Source: Alphaproteobacteria bacterium
GTDB lineage: Bacteria > Pseudomonadota > Alphaproteobacteria > UBA11073
Reading direction: 5' to 3'
Assembly: GCA_965246945.1 (NCBI GenBank)
Contig: CBDFFW010000001.1
Coordinates: 1,455,500-1,519,499, forward strand
DNA: 64,000 nt
Shown piece after piece: positions 19,619 to 29,404 of this stretch. The first letter of the stretch is position 1; every line of letters starts with the position of its first letter. Below the pieces are notes generated by a model. That model was not told where the DNA came from. It made no database searches and saw only the letters and a program-made list of their open reading frames with translations. A program made the position numbers and the translations under genes.

Positions 19619-20713
19619 ATGCGGTGTGCAGTTATTGGTGCCGGAGTGATTGGCTTGGCGACTGCGCGGGTTATGGCACAAGCGGGCCATCAAGTTGATA
19701 TTTATGAACAGCATCACGATATTGGGTTGGAAGTAAGCAGCCATAATAGTGAAATTATCCATGCTGGTATTTATTATATATCAGGTAGCAAAAAAGCAAA
19801 GCTCGCCGTGCGTGGTGCTGAGATGCTATATGCCTATTGTGCAGAAAAGCAAATCGCGCATCGCCGTTGTGGCAAATTAATTATTGCAACCGATGAAAGC
19901 CAACACGCCAAATTGGATGCGCTGCAAGTTAAAGCAGAAGCCAACGGGGTGCATGGCATCATTCGGTTAAATGCAGCCGAATTTAAAGCGCGTGTGCAGA
20001 AAGTAACCGGCACTGCCGCTATTTTTTCTCCCAATACTGGAATTGTTTCGGTTAAACAATTAATGGCGGCCATGTTACAAGATGCGTGCAGTGCCAGTGC
20101 CAATTTGTATTTAGGCCATACGGTCATTGCCATGGGGCAAACGCACTCACATTTATGGCTGCGCACCCAATTGGATACAACGCATCAGGAATATGATTAC
20201 ATTGTCAATGCTGCTGGCTTGGGCGCTAGTAAAGTTCTACAAAGCTTTGAAGGTTTTCCAGTTGCCGCTTGGCAGCCCACCTATTTTGCCAAGGGTAATT
20301 ATTTCCGGCTAAACCGGCGGTTTGACTGCCCGCATTTGCTTTATCCCCTGCCCGAGCCTGGCGGTCTTGGTATCCATCTCACTTTTGATTTTGCTGGCCA
20401 ATGCCGTTTTGGTCCAGATGTCGAATGGGTTGCAGCGCCTGATTATCAAGTTAACCCGACACGCCGCGCCCATTTTCATAATGAAATTACCCGTTATTTG
20501 CCGTGGGTTAAAGAGGATGATTTATCGCCATTTTTTGCCGGTGTGCGCCCTAAAATCGTCCCGCAAGGTGCACCCGATGCCGACTTTGTTATTCAAAATA
20601 GTGCTGAACACGGCATTAGTGGCTTAATCAACTTACTCGGCTTTGAATCGCCTGGTTTAACTTCATGTTTAGCAATTGGCCAACAGGTGAAAGATTTGTA
20701 CTTCTCAAACTAA
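19619..20713 (+). CDS. FAD-dependent oxidoreductase, L-2-hydroxyglutarate oxidase family
   Basis: GAGVIGLA, SSHNSEIIHAGIYY, GLGIHLT, FGPDVEW, ESPGLTS. Confidence 0.88.
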   Translation: MRCAVIGAGVIGLATARVMAQAGHQVDIYEQHHDIGLEVSSHNSEIIHAGIYYISGSKKAKLAVRGAEMLYAYCAEKQIAHRRCGKLIIATDESQHAKLDALQVKAEANGVHGIIRLNAAEFKARVQKVTGTAAIFSPNTGIVSVKQLMAAMLQDACSASANLYLGHTVIAMGQTHSHLWLRTQLDTTHQEYDYIVNAAGLGASKVLQSFEGFPVAAWQPTYFAKGNYFRLNRRFDCPHLLYPLPEPGGLGIHLTFDFAGQCRFGPDVEWVAAPDYQVNPTRRAHFHNEITRYLPWVKEDDLSPFFAGVRPKIVPQGAPDADFVIQNSAEHGISGLINLLGFESPGLTSCLAIGQQVKDLYFSN

Positions 20714-20736
20714 TCGAATTAGGTATTATTTATTTT

Positions 20737-22023
20737 ATGGCTGAACAAAGTGCACTATTCATCTATCAGCATAGTGAAGAAATGGTTTTGGAAGATGGCA
20801 AACCATATTATTGCCAGTTTTCACATATTCGCAATGTAATGCTGGGTGCACATGAAGCGTTACGGGCAGGTTGGAAGGTTTATTTAAAAAGTCAGAAGAG
20901 TGGCGCTTATCGCGAATTCACGCAGATTTTTCCGATCGTTCATTGCGGTCCTGAATTGAATTTTTTTGATGAAAACTTTCAGCCTAAAAACATTTTTTCT
21001 GTGTATGATGCCCAAGATTTAATTGTCCACAAACCCCATAAACCAACGGCCAAAGGTATCGTGATTATTTCAGCTAATCACTGGCTGGAAGAAATGGATA
21101 AAATTAATTTTGGTGTTGCTGATTTATTTCGTTTGGCGTTTAGCCAATATGTGGATTATGTCGTTACCCAAAATCAGCGTATGAAAGAAGTGCTGCTGGC
21201 AATTGTTAGCTTTGTTACTAAATGGTATTTTCCGGAGCGGATTTTAGTTGCTACCAATGGCTATGCCCCTGAAGAAATCGCCGCAGAAAAAGTAAAATAC
21301 GACCGCGCAACTATTCGGCAACAAATGGGTTTAACCGATAATAACATTGCTTTAATCAATAGCGGCGGGGTATGCCCATGGAATGATTATTTTACTTTTT
21401 TAAAAGGCTTAGTTGCCGCCATTAAAATGGGTGCTACGCGTGTGCGGGTTTTTCAAATGGGCATTCGCAATCCAGTGATTATTGCGCATGAAGCTTTTGA
21501 AAATTCTATCCGCCAATTTTATATTGAAAATTTTGATGTATTATATCCTTATTTAGATATTTTAGATTGGGATGAGGCTTCCGCCGCTTTGCCAGCTTAT
21601 AATTATGGTGCCGATATGGGTATTAATGTCAATCCTGATAGTTTGGAAAATTATCAATCCCACCGGGTGCGGATTGTTGATTATGTCAAAACAGGGCTAC
21701 CAATTTTTACTACTGAAGGCGAATACCAAACCAATTATGGGGCAAAATATGCTTCTGTCCGCGTACAGGCTGGAAATGTAGATGAATATCGGGATGCACT
21801 TTTAGCGATTGATAATGGCAGTATTGATTTGCAGCAATTAGCTGCTGAGATGCAAAAATTCCGCTTAAGCTATGCCAGTGATATTCAATGGCAACCGGTT
21901 TTAGAAACCATTGCCAATGGCACACCGTTGCCAGCAGAAACACGCTACATAATGACCCATGAAATGCAAAATATTTATCAGCGGTTTGGTGAAACGTTTA
22001 ATCAGATTATTAATCAATTGTAG
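20737..22023 (+). CDS. Putative GT-B glycosyltransferase, paralog A
   Basis: INSGG-x-x-PW-x-D, ADMGINV, EN-x-x-SHRVRIVDYVKTGLPIFTT-x-G. Sits in a polysaccharide cluster. Confidence 0.62.
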   Translation: MAEQSALFIYQHSEEMVLEDGKPYYCQFSHIRNVMLGAHEALRAGWKVYLKSQKSGAYREFTQIFPIVHCGPELNFFDENFQPKNIFSVYDAQDLIVHKPHKPTAKGIVIISANHWLEEMDKINFGVADLFRLAFSQYVDYVVTQNQRMKEVLLAIVSFVTKWYFPERILVATNGYAPEEIAAEKVKYDRATIRQQMGLTDNNIALINSGGVCPWNDYFTFLKGLVAAIKMGATRVRVFQMGIRNPVIIAHEAFENSIRQFYIENFDVLYPYLDILDWDEASAALPAYNYGADMGINVNPDSLENYQSHRVRIVDYVKTGLPIFTTEGEYQTNYGAKYASVRVQAGNVDEYRDALLAIDNGSIDLQQLAAEMQKFRLSYASDIQWQPVLETIANGTPLPAETRYIMTHEMQNIYQRFGETFNQIINQL

Positions 22024-23299
22024 GTTCTTTCCAGCCAATTTGTGTCATTGTACTGTATATTTCTCTCATTTGAGAGTACATCTCTTTTCGTTTAGAAAAT
22101 TCTAATCTGCCTATTTTAACAATTTGTTTTAATACATCCGGCATAATTTTTTCTGAAGATATACTATTCCGGAATTTTTCCATCGCACTATGCATTGCAG
22201 GAAGATTAATTTCGCCGCGTTCAATTTTCCATAATGCCGCCTTATAACTTGCTACATCGCTTGGTTCGACGGTTAGAACCGCATTCTTTGCTTCATAAGT
22301 AGCATAATAATTGCCAGTGGTTGCCAAAACCGGCAGACCCGCTTTGGTATAATCAATAAATCTAACCCGATGCGATGTATAATTCTCTGAACTATCTTTT
22401 GAAACATTTAATCCAATGTCCGCTCCATAATTAAATTCTGGCAAATAATGTGAAGCCTCTGCCCAATTATCAAAAATATGTAATTGCTCGGTTTCTATTA
22501 AATTATAATTTTCAAGCATAAATCGCCGAATCATTACTTCCGCCTCAATTTGAGAATTATTATTCGGTTGCCGAATCCCCATTTGAAAAAATTTAAGCCG
22601 TTTGGCGCCCTCGTTTACAACTTCAGCAAAAGCAATTAAAAATGTTTCAATATCTGTCCATAGCCAAGGTCCGCCGCTATTAATAATTGCAATATCGTTA
22701 TCATCTAACCGCATTTTTTTACGAACATCTTGTCGATTATATAATGAATTCTCCCAATTAACATTTTCCAATGTAAACGTATTGGGCGCACAAATAATCC
22801 GATCACGATGCTGCCAGCCGCTAATCAAACTAAACAAACAAAATGCTAATTCCTGCATGCGTGGGTTTTGGGTTAAAATAAAATCGATGTGATGGGCAAA
22901 CCCAAAACGCCACGCATCAACTAACTCTGTTTGATTAATTTCAGGTGCTTCTAACCAAAAATGTGCATTTAAAATATAAACACCGATTGCAGCTGGTTTA
23001 ATTTCTTTATGCCAAGTAATATACATTGGCATGTTCACACATACTAAAATATCTGGTTGGAAGTTTGGATCACTAAAAGATACAGATGGACGTAGAGAAA
23101 TAGTTGGGTAAACTTTTTCTAAAGAGTAACATTCATCATCAATTATTTTTTTAAAGTAAACTTCCCAACCTAAATTCACTGCTTCATGAGCTAGCAAAAA
23201 CATATGTGTGTTATGTGAAAAACTGGCATATGGCCTTTCGCCTTCTCTAAGCATAACAGGGCTGCGCTCGCAGATAAAAACAATTTTTTTAGATTGCAT
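22010..23299 (-). CDS. Putative GT-B glycosyltransferase, paralog B
   Basis: Colinear with paralog A (FSH, HEA, AHFWLE, TQNPRM, INSGG, FFQMGIR, SHRVRFIDY). Confidence 0.62.
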   Translation of the reverse strand: MQSKKIVFICERSPVMLREGERPYASFSHNTHMFLLAHEAVNLGWEVYFKKIIDDECYSLEKVYPTISLRPSVSFSDPNFQPDILVCVNMPMYITWHKEIKPAAIGVYILNAHFWLEAPEINQTELVDAWRFGFAHHIDFILTQNPRMQELAFCLFSLISGWQHRDRIICAPNTFTLENVNWENSLYNRQDVRKKMRLDDNDIAIINSGGPWLWTDIETFLIAFAEVVNEGAKRLKFFQMGIRQPNNNSQIEAEVMIRRFMLENYNLIETEQLHIFDNWAEASHYLPEFNYGADIGLNVSKDSSENYTSHRVRFIDYTKAGLPVLATTGNYYATYEAKNAVLTVEPSDVASYKAALWKIERGEINLPAMHSAMEKFRNSISSEKIMPDVLKQIVKIGRLEFSKRKEMYSQMREIYSTMTQIGWKEPTID

Positions 23300-23427
23300 C
23301 GCTGCAGCCTAAATGAATTTAGCACAATTGTAAATTTGCGTGAAAACATAAATTGTTAATCAATAAGCAATTGTCGATTGGTTAGATCGATAAAATCGAT
23401 ATGATATGATTCTAAGAGGATATTGTT

Positions 23428-24204
23428 ATGAAAGCAGTGATTTTTGCCGGTGGTTTGGGGACGCGGCTTAGTGAAGAAACCGTTAATCGGCCAAAGCCGA
23501 TGGTCGAAATTGGCGGCAAGCCAATTATTTGGCATATTATGAAAATCTATGCCGCCCATGGCATCAATGATTTCGTGATTTTATGCGGTTATAAAAGCGA
23601 AGTGCTTAAAGACTTTTTTATGAATTATTATTCTTATATGGCCGATATTACGGTTGATTTGAATACGCGTGATGTGACTTACCACACTGGTCGGGCCGAA
23701 CCCTGGCGGGTGACGCTGGCTGAGACCGGTTTAATGACTCAAACGGGCGGCCGTTTACTGCGCGCTAAAAAGTATTTAGAAAATGAAGAGGCGTTTTGCC
23801 TGACATACGGGGATGGTTTGTCTGATATTAATATTACTGAGCTAATTCAGTTTCATAAAAGCCATGGCAAACTTGCTACCGTTTCGGCGGTATTTCCGGA
23901 CTCACGTTTTGGCGCACTGGAATTAGCCGGCGATAAGGTCGAATCATTTAAGGAAAAACCAGCGATGGGTGAAGGTCGAATTAATGGCGGATTCTTTGTT
24001 TTATCGCCCAAAGTGATCGATTATGTGCTGCAGGATGAAACCGCGTTTGAACATCGGCCGCTATCTGATCTTTCGCGCAATGGTGAATTAATGGCCAAAA
24101 CGCATGATGGTTTTTGGAAACCCATGGATACGCTGCGGGATAAAGTTCAATTAGAAAAAATGTGGGACGAAGGCCAAGCGCCTTGGAAAATTTGGAAAGA
24201 TTAA
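23428..24204 (+). CDS. rfbF: Glucose-1-phosphate cytidylyltransferase
   Basis: AGGLGTRLSEET..PKPMVEIGG, TGGRL, LTYGDG, INGGFFV, MDTLRDK. Confidence 0.95.
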   Translation: MKAVIFAGGLGTRLSEETVNRPKPMVEIGGKPIIWHIMKIYAAHGINDFVILCGYKSEVLKDFFMNYYSYMADITVDLNTRDVTYHTGRAEPWRVTLAETGLMTQTGGRLLRAKKYLENEEAFCLTYGDGLSDINITELIQFHKSHGKLATVSAVFPDSRFGALELAGDKVESFKEKPAMGEGRINGGFFVLSPKVIDYVLQDETAFEHRPLSDLSRNGELMAKTHDGFWKPMDTLRDKVQLEKMWDEGQAPWKIWKD

Positions 24205-24206
24205 TC

Positions 24207-25244
24207 ATGAAAATTTTAATTACCGGCTCGCAAGGCTATATCGCACCTGTGGTTGCCAAGCATTTAAAAGAAATCATGCCTGGCGTTGAATTAACCGGCT
24301 GGGATATTGGTTATTTTGATAATTGTGCGGCCTCGCTTACTGTGCCTTTGAATCAGCTTTACACCACGCAAAAACGCATTGATTTACGCGATGTGAAACC
24401 AGCGGATTTAATTGGGTTTGATGCCGTTATTCAATTGGCGGCCATTTCGAACGATCCGATTGGCAATCAATTTGAAACGGTAACGAATGATGTCAACGTC
24501 AACACGACCGCAACACTCGCACAATTGGCGGCTAAATCAGGCGTGAAGCGTTTTGTTTTTGCCTCAAGCTGTAGCATGTACGGCGCTGGCAGCAATGCGC
24601 CGCGTAAAGAAACCGATGCACTTAATCCGCTCACCGCCTATGCCCGTTCAAAAGTGGCGGCTGAGCAAGCATTGTCAGGCTTAGCGCGGGATGATTTTAA
24701 AATCACCGCCCTGCGCTTTTCCACCGCTTATGGCATGGCACCATTTTTGCGGCTCGATCTCGTGATCAATGATTTCGTGGCCAGCGCCGTAACCACGGGC
24801 AAGATTGAAGTGTTATCGGATGGTTCACCCTGGCGCCCATTGATTCATGTGACCGATATGGCCCGTGCCATTGAATGGGCGCTGATCCGCGATGGCGCTG
24901 CGTATTTAGCGGTAAATGCCGGCAGCCCGCAATCTACCTGGCAAATGGGTAAATTGGCCAAGGATATCGCCAATGTGCTCGGCGATACTGAAGTTTTCAT
25001 CAACACCAATGCCCAACCAGATTTACGTTCTTATCAGGTAGATTTCTCGCTGTTTCAAAAATTGGCCCCCGATCACCAACCGGTTGCCGATTTTGCCACT
25101 GCGGTGCTTGAGTTAAAAGCCCATATTCAAAGGCTGGATTTTGAGAATAAGCCATTTCGTGACAGCCGTTTTATTCGTTTGGCTTGGTTACGTAATTTAT
25201 TAAATACCCAACAGTTGAATCAGGATCTTCGTTGGCAGCAATGA
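24207..25244 (+). CDS. NAD-dependent sugar epimerase/dehydratase
   Basis: TGSQGYI, LAAISNDP, ASSCSMYG, YARSK. Confidence 0.88.
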   Translation: MKILITGSQGYIAPVVAKHLKEIMPGVELTGWDIGYFDNCAASLTVPLNQLYTTQKRIDLRDVKPADLIGFDAVIQLAAISNDPIGNQFETVTNDVNVNTTATLAQLAAKSGVKRFVFASSCSMYGAGSNAPRKETDALNPLTAYARSKVAAEQALSGLARDDFKITALRFSTAYGMAPFLRLDLVINDFVASAVTTGKIEVLSDGSPWRPLIHVTDMARAIEWALIRDGAAYLAVNAGSPQSTWQMGKLAKDIANVLGDTEVFINTNAQPDLRSYQVDFSLFQKLAPDHQPVADFATAVLELKAHIQRLDFENKPFRDSRFIRLAWLRNLLNTQQLNQDLRWQQ

Positions 25245-25329
25245 AAATAATATTCAGTGCCGTTAATGCCATGTATATCCCTTTCATTCTTCTAATGCCA
25301 ATTACTGCCAAACGGTTTAAAATTGCTGT

Positions 25330-25866
25330 ATGAAACTGATTCCAACTGTTTTTGCCGGGCTGCATATTATCGAGGCGCTGCAATTAAAAGATGATCGCGG
25401 TTACTTTGTGAAAACCTTCAACCAGAGCGCTTTTGCAGATTCCGGTGTTATTGATCCGGTGGCAGAAATTTATTATTCTTACTCCCATCAAGGAGCGATC
25501 CGCGGCTTGCATTTTCAGCGTCCGCCGCATCAACATAGCAAAATTGTTTTTTGTTTAGCTGGTAAGATTTTTGATGCCTGTGTGGATTTGCGCAAAAATT
25601 CCAAAACTTACGGCCAGTATTTCACTATGGAATTAAGCGGCGATGTGCCAAAGGGATTGTATATCCCTGCTGGCTTTGCGCATGGTTTTTTAGCGTTAAG
25701 CGGTGATGTTTTATTTATGAATGCCACCTCCACCGTTTATGCGGGAGAAAGTGATGGTGGCATTGCCTGGGATTCATGCGGCATTCAATGGCCTGCTACT
25801 CCCACCTTGGTCAGCCCAAAAGATCAAATCCTGCCCAAACTGGCTGAGTACGAAAGCCCATTTTAA
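25330..25866 (+). CDS. rfbC: NDP-4-keto-6-deoxyhexose 3,5-epimerase (RmlC/RfbC family)
   Basis: DDRGYF, IRGLHFQ, VDLRKNS, IPAGFAHGF. Confidence 0.88.
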   Translation: MKLIPTVFAGLHIIEALQLKDDRGYFVKTFNQSAFADSGVIDPVAEIYYSYSHQGAIRGLHFQRPPHQHSKIVFCLAGKIFDACVDLRKNSKTYGQYFTMELSGDVPKGLYIPAGFAHGFLALSGDVLFMNATSTVYAGESDGGIAWDSCGIQWPATPTLVSPKDQILPKLAEYESPF

Positions 25867-26765
25867 TGACCCGTATTCTAGTCACCGGTGCCAATGGCTT
25901 TTTAGGCAGCGCGGTTTGTGCAGCGTTAATGGCAGAAAAATATGATGTGGTTGCCATGGTGCGGGATGGCGCAGATTGTGTCCGTCTTAACCAGCTTTGT
26001 CCTGATATTGTTTACGCCAAAATCGATCCGGATTGGGCACAGATTGAAACCGTTTTAGCCAATACCAAACCAGATTTAGTAATCCACACCGCCGCAGCTA
26101 TGGATGGCGGCGATGATATTGCCAGTGCCGAGCGGTTAGTTAATGCTAACATACTTAATCCAATCCGCTTATTGGCGGCAGCTTATGCACAAAAAATAAA
26201 AGGTTTTATTACCGTTGGCACGGCCTGGCAGCATTATGGGCAAGCTGATTATGATCCGGTCAATTTATATGCGGCCAGCAAACAGGCCTTTGATGATATG
26301 GCACGCTATTATGCCGCGGCAGGTTTACCGGTGGTTAGCCTACATATGTTCGATACTTACGGCCCGCAGGATCCGCGGCCAAAACTGGTCAACCTACTTT
26401 GCCGCTTAGCCAAAACCGGCGATACCATGTCGATGTCGCCAGGTGAGCAAGAAATTGATCTAATCCATGCGGATGATGCGGCGGCAGCGTTTGTGGCAAG
26501 TGCTAAAGGAATTTTGGATGGCAGTTTAAAGGGCTTTCATACTTTTGCAGTTTCTGGTGGACAGCCGATGCCATTACGTCAATTGGTTACATTGTTTGAA
26601 AACATCACCGGCAAAACCTGCGCCATTGATTGGGGTGCCCGCCCCTACCGACCGCGGGAAGTGATGCAAACCTGGCGTGGTAATCAACTAGCACCAGGCT
26701 GGGCAGCCAAACGTGATTTAGCGGCTTCCCTGCATGAAATTTGGCAGGCATATAGCAAATCATGA
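25866..26765 (+). CDS. NAD-dependent reductase/epimerase, CDP-abequose synthase-like
   Basis: TGANGFLG, NLYAASKQAF, DTYGP-x-D-x-R-x-KL, PYRPREVM. Confidence 0.78.
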   Translation: MTRILVTGANGFLGSAVCAALMAEKYDVVAMVRDGADCVRLNQLCPDIVYAKIDPDWAQIETVLANTKPDLVIHTAAAMDGGDDIASAERLVNANILNPIRLLAAAYAQKIKGFITVGTAWQHYGQADYDPVNLYAASKQAFDDMARYYAAAGLPVVSLHMFDTYGPQDPRPKLVNLLCRLAKTGDTMSMSPGEQEIDLIHADDAAAAFVASAKGILDGSLKGFHTFAVSGGQPMPLRQLVTLFENITGKTCAIDWGARPYRPREVMQTWRGNQLAPGWAAKRDLAASLHEIWQAYSKS

Positions 26766-27517
26766 AAGCGCTGATTTACGGCACGGTATATATTCAATCG
26801 CCAGAACGGGCCGAGTTGGTGCAAATGTGGATTGAAAACATGCTATTTATCAATCCTGATTTTCCAATTGTTTTGATTGATTCCGCAACTGATCCCTTAT
26901 GGCGCGAACTCATTCCGCAAACACGGCATATCTCTATTCACACCGTGGCTGAAGGTGATCCACTACCAGAGCTGCAACTTGGCTTAAACTGGATCGATTT
27001 CCCTGAAAATCTTGGCCATTTAATGGTACATAATATCGATGGTTGGGGACGTGCTTTTTGCCGCGGTATTGAGCTCGCGATCACGCAAAATTATGATTAT
27101 GTGGTCAATATTGAATCAGATTTGCTGTTTCGGCCTAATGTGACCGATATTTTAAAACAAATGGATGAAAAAAATATTAAAGCACTTTGCGGTTTTGAAA
27201 GAAACTATGGTTTTATCGAAAATTGTCTCTGCTTTATGAACACGCAATATCTGAAAGATATTGATTTCATTGGTCAGTATGATTGGAAAGCACAAACCCA
27301 AGAAAATCTAGCGCCAGAGCTGCGCACTGAACTACTTTTAGGGAAAGAAATGTTTGTACGCCCCTGGTTAGGTTGCCGCGATGATTTTGGCCGTGTGACG
27401 GTCGAACAAGTTCGACAGTTTGAGTATATTACTCACGCACATGATCAAAATTTATATTATGAATTTATGAAAACTTTTATGCCTACTAATTGGGCACCAC
27501 CATGTGAACGCGGTTAG
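26762..27517 (+). CDS. Putative glycosyltransferase (GT-A-like)
   Basis: VLIDSA, ENLGH, YDYVVNIESD. Translationally coupled within the sugar cluster. Confidence 0.5.
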   Translation: MKALIYGTVYIQSPERAELVQMWIENMLFINPDFPIVLIDSATDPLWRELIPQTRHISIHTVAEGDPLPELQLGLNWIDFPENLGHLMVHNIDGWGRAFCRGIELAITQNYDYVVNIESDLLFRPNVTDILKQMDEKNIKALCGFERNYGFIENCLCFMNTQYLKDIDFIGQYDWKAQTQENLAPELRTELLLGKEMFVRPWLGCRDDFGRVTVEQVRQFEYITHAHDQNLYYEFMKTFMPTNWAPPCERG

Positions 27518-27523
27518 CCGATC

Positions 27524-28702
27524 ATGAATTTTCTTACTCTCCCTGAATTAAAATGGCAGGTGCAGCCTGGTATTAAATGGCCGCCAAATCATAGTGATAT
27601 AAAATCAATACTTGTTATACATTTATTGCCACTGGGTGATTTTGTTATCTTCACCTCTTTCTTACGCAATTTACGCATACTTTATCCAGCAGCTAAAATT
27701 ACTTTAGCCGTGCAACCCATGACAGCTCAATTGGCTCAGGCTTGTCCGTATATTGATGCGCTGGAAGTCGCCGATGATATTCGCCGCTATACAGATCCCA
27801 ACGATGTACGGGAAGCTATGGGGTTTGGCCTGCAATTACAGAACAGCCAGTTTGGGCCGTTCGATTTATGCATTGTTCCCCGCTATGACCATGATCATTT
27901 GCAAGCCAATGTAGTAGCAAACCAAGCGGGCGCTCAATACACCATCGGCTATGCGCGGGAAACTTCTGTTTTTAAAACCAAAATAACTGCGCCTGATTAT
28001 AATGATACTTATAATGTTACTGCCACGGCACCCAATGGTTATCATGATGTGCAATATCAATCGGCACTTTTAAAAGGGCTAGGCGCAGAAATTGCAGATA
28101 CCCAGCCTTTAGAATTATGGGCCAATCCTGAAGATGCCACACAAGCGGAAGCAGTTTTAAACATTTTAAAATTTACGCCTAATCAATATGTAGTATTTGG
28201 TATTGGTGCTAGCCAAGTGAGCAAGATTTGGAGCATTGAAAAATTCTGCGAATTGGGTGCCCGCATTTTCGATACTTATGGTTTAAAAATTTTAGTGCTT
28301 GGCGCCACTGATTATGAAATCGAAGCTTCCTCCCAACTGGTTGCTTATCTAGGCACAGATAAAGCGCAAAGCGCTACATCCCGTATTACCCCGCGGGCCA
28401 GCTATCTCTTGGTTGCTGCCAGCCGCATGGTGGTTACGCTGGATACGTTCATGGCTCATGCTGCTGCTGCTGCCAAAAAGCCGGTTACTGTCATTTATTC
28501 CGCGCCAGCCGATTGCCCGCCCAATGACATGTTTCACCCCAGCCGCATCCATCCATGGCAAACTCCCTATAATTTTACCCAACCAGATAGCTGCGGTCCC
28601 ATTGAACAAATCTTGGCTAATCACATTCGCAGTCCGCATTGCATTAATAAAACCACTGTTGATGAAGTATGGACAAAGGTAGAGGCAATAATGCCAAGAT
28701 GA
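27524..28702 (+). CDS. Family 9 glycosyltransferase
   Basis: ILVI...LGDFV, GAS..KIW, DT-x-x-AHAAAA. Confidence 0.85.
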   Translation: MNFLTLPELKWQVQPGIKWPPNHSDIKSILVIHLLPLGDFVIFTSFLRNLRILYPAAKITLAVQPMTAQLAQACPYIDALEVADDIRRYTDPNDVREAMGFGLQLQNSQFGPFDLCIVPRYDHDHLQANVVANQAGAQYTIGYARETSVFKTKITAPDYNDTYNVTATAPNGYHDVQYQSALLKGLGAEIADTQPLELWANPEDATQAEAVLNILKFTPNQYVVFGIGASQVSKIWSIEKFCELGARIFDTYGLKILVLGATDYEIEASSQLVAYLGTDKAQSATSRITPRASYLLVAASRMVVTLDTFMAHAAAAAKKPVTVIYSAPADCPPNDMFHPSRIHPWQTPYNFTQPDSCGPIEQILANHIRSPHCINKTTVDEVWTKVEAIMPR

Positions 28703-28813
28703 TATAAGGTTTCATTAATATCTGATTATTATAATAAACAAATATTAATGAAAAATTTATAATGATGTGGTCTTGACATAGGCAGTCTGCAAATGTGGAA
28801 ATATAAGTAAGTC

Positions 28814-29404
28814 ATGCTTAATTTTAATTATCCGGAAGCGAAACATTTTGCTCGGCATACAGCATTATGGGCGTTTATTGTCACCAGCGTTTTTTGTTTA
28901 TGGTTTGGTTTTGCGATGCAGCCACTATTGCCAGGCTCTGTTCATGTTTTAAGTGAGTCGCCTTATAAAACCAGTGGTCAAGTCCATGTGCTATCAGATC
29001 CAGAACAATTGAAGATTTTAAGCGAAGGCGTGGCGCATCCGGATATTGGTTTGCTTTTCGCCGTTTTCACTATGCCGGTTTTGGGTTTATTGGCCATCCC
29101 TTATGGCTGTTTATGTTATATGATCACTCGATTTTTGGAGCAGGCCGGTAATGGCTGGAAGCTAATTGTGGTCAGCGCTTTCATTGCCATTGTGGTTTGT
29201 ACCTACGCCATTTTAATTATCGGCATTTTCAGCGGGTATGTGCAGGTTGAGGCGTTTTTGGTCTGGGCAGCCATTGGTTTGAGTTATAGCCTGCTGACCA
29301 GTTTGTTAGCAGTCCCCAGTTATTTATTATGGATTCGGCCGCAGCGCTTGCATAGATGGCAAAAGCTTGCTGAGATTCATGACGCAAGCCATGGCATCAT
29401 CTAA
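28814..29404 (+). CDS. Hypothetical membrane protein (about 4 TM)
   Basis: Four hydrophobic segments and a duplicated VHVLS motif in a loop. Confidence 0.65.
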   Translation: MLNFNYPEAKHFARHTALWAFIVTSVFCLWFGFAMQPLLPGSVHVLSESPYKTSGQVHVLSDPEQLKILSEGVAHPDIGLLFAVFTMPVLGLLAIPYGCLCYMITRFLEQAGNGWKLIVVSAFIAIVVCTYAILIIGIFSGYVQVEAFLVWAAIGLSYSLLTSLLAVPSYLLWIRPQRLHRWQKLAEIHDASHGII

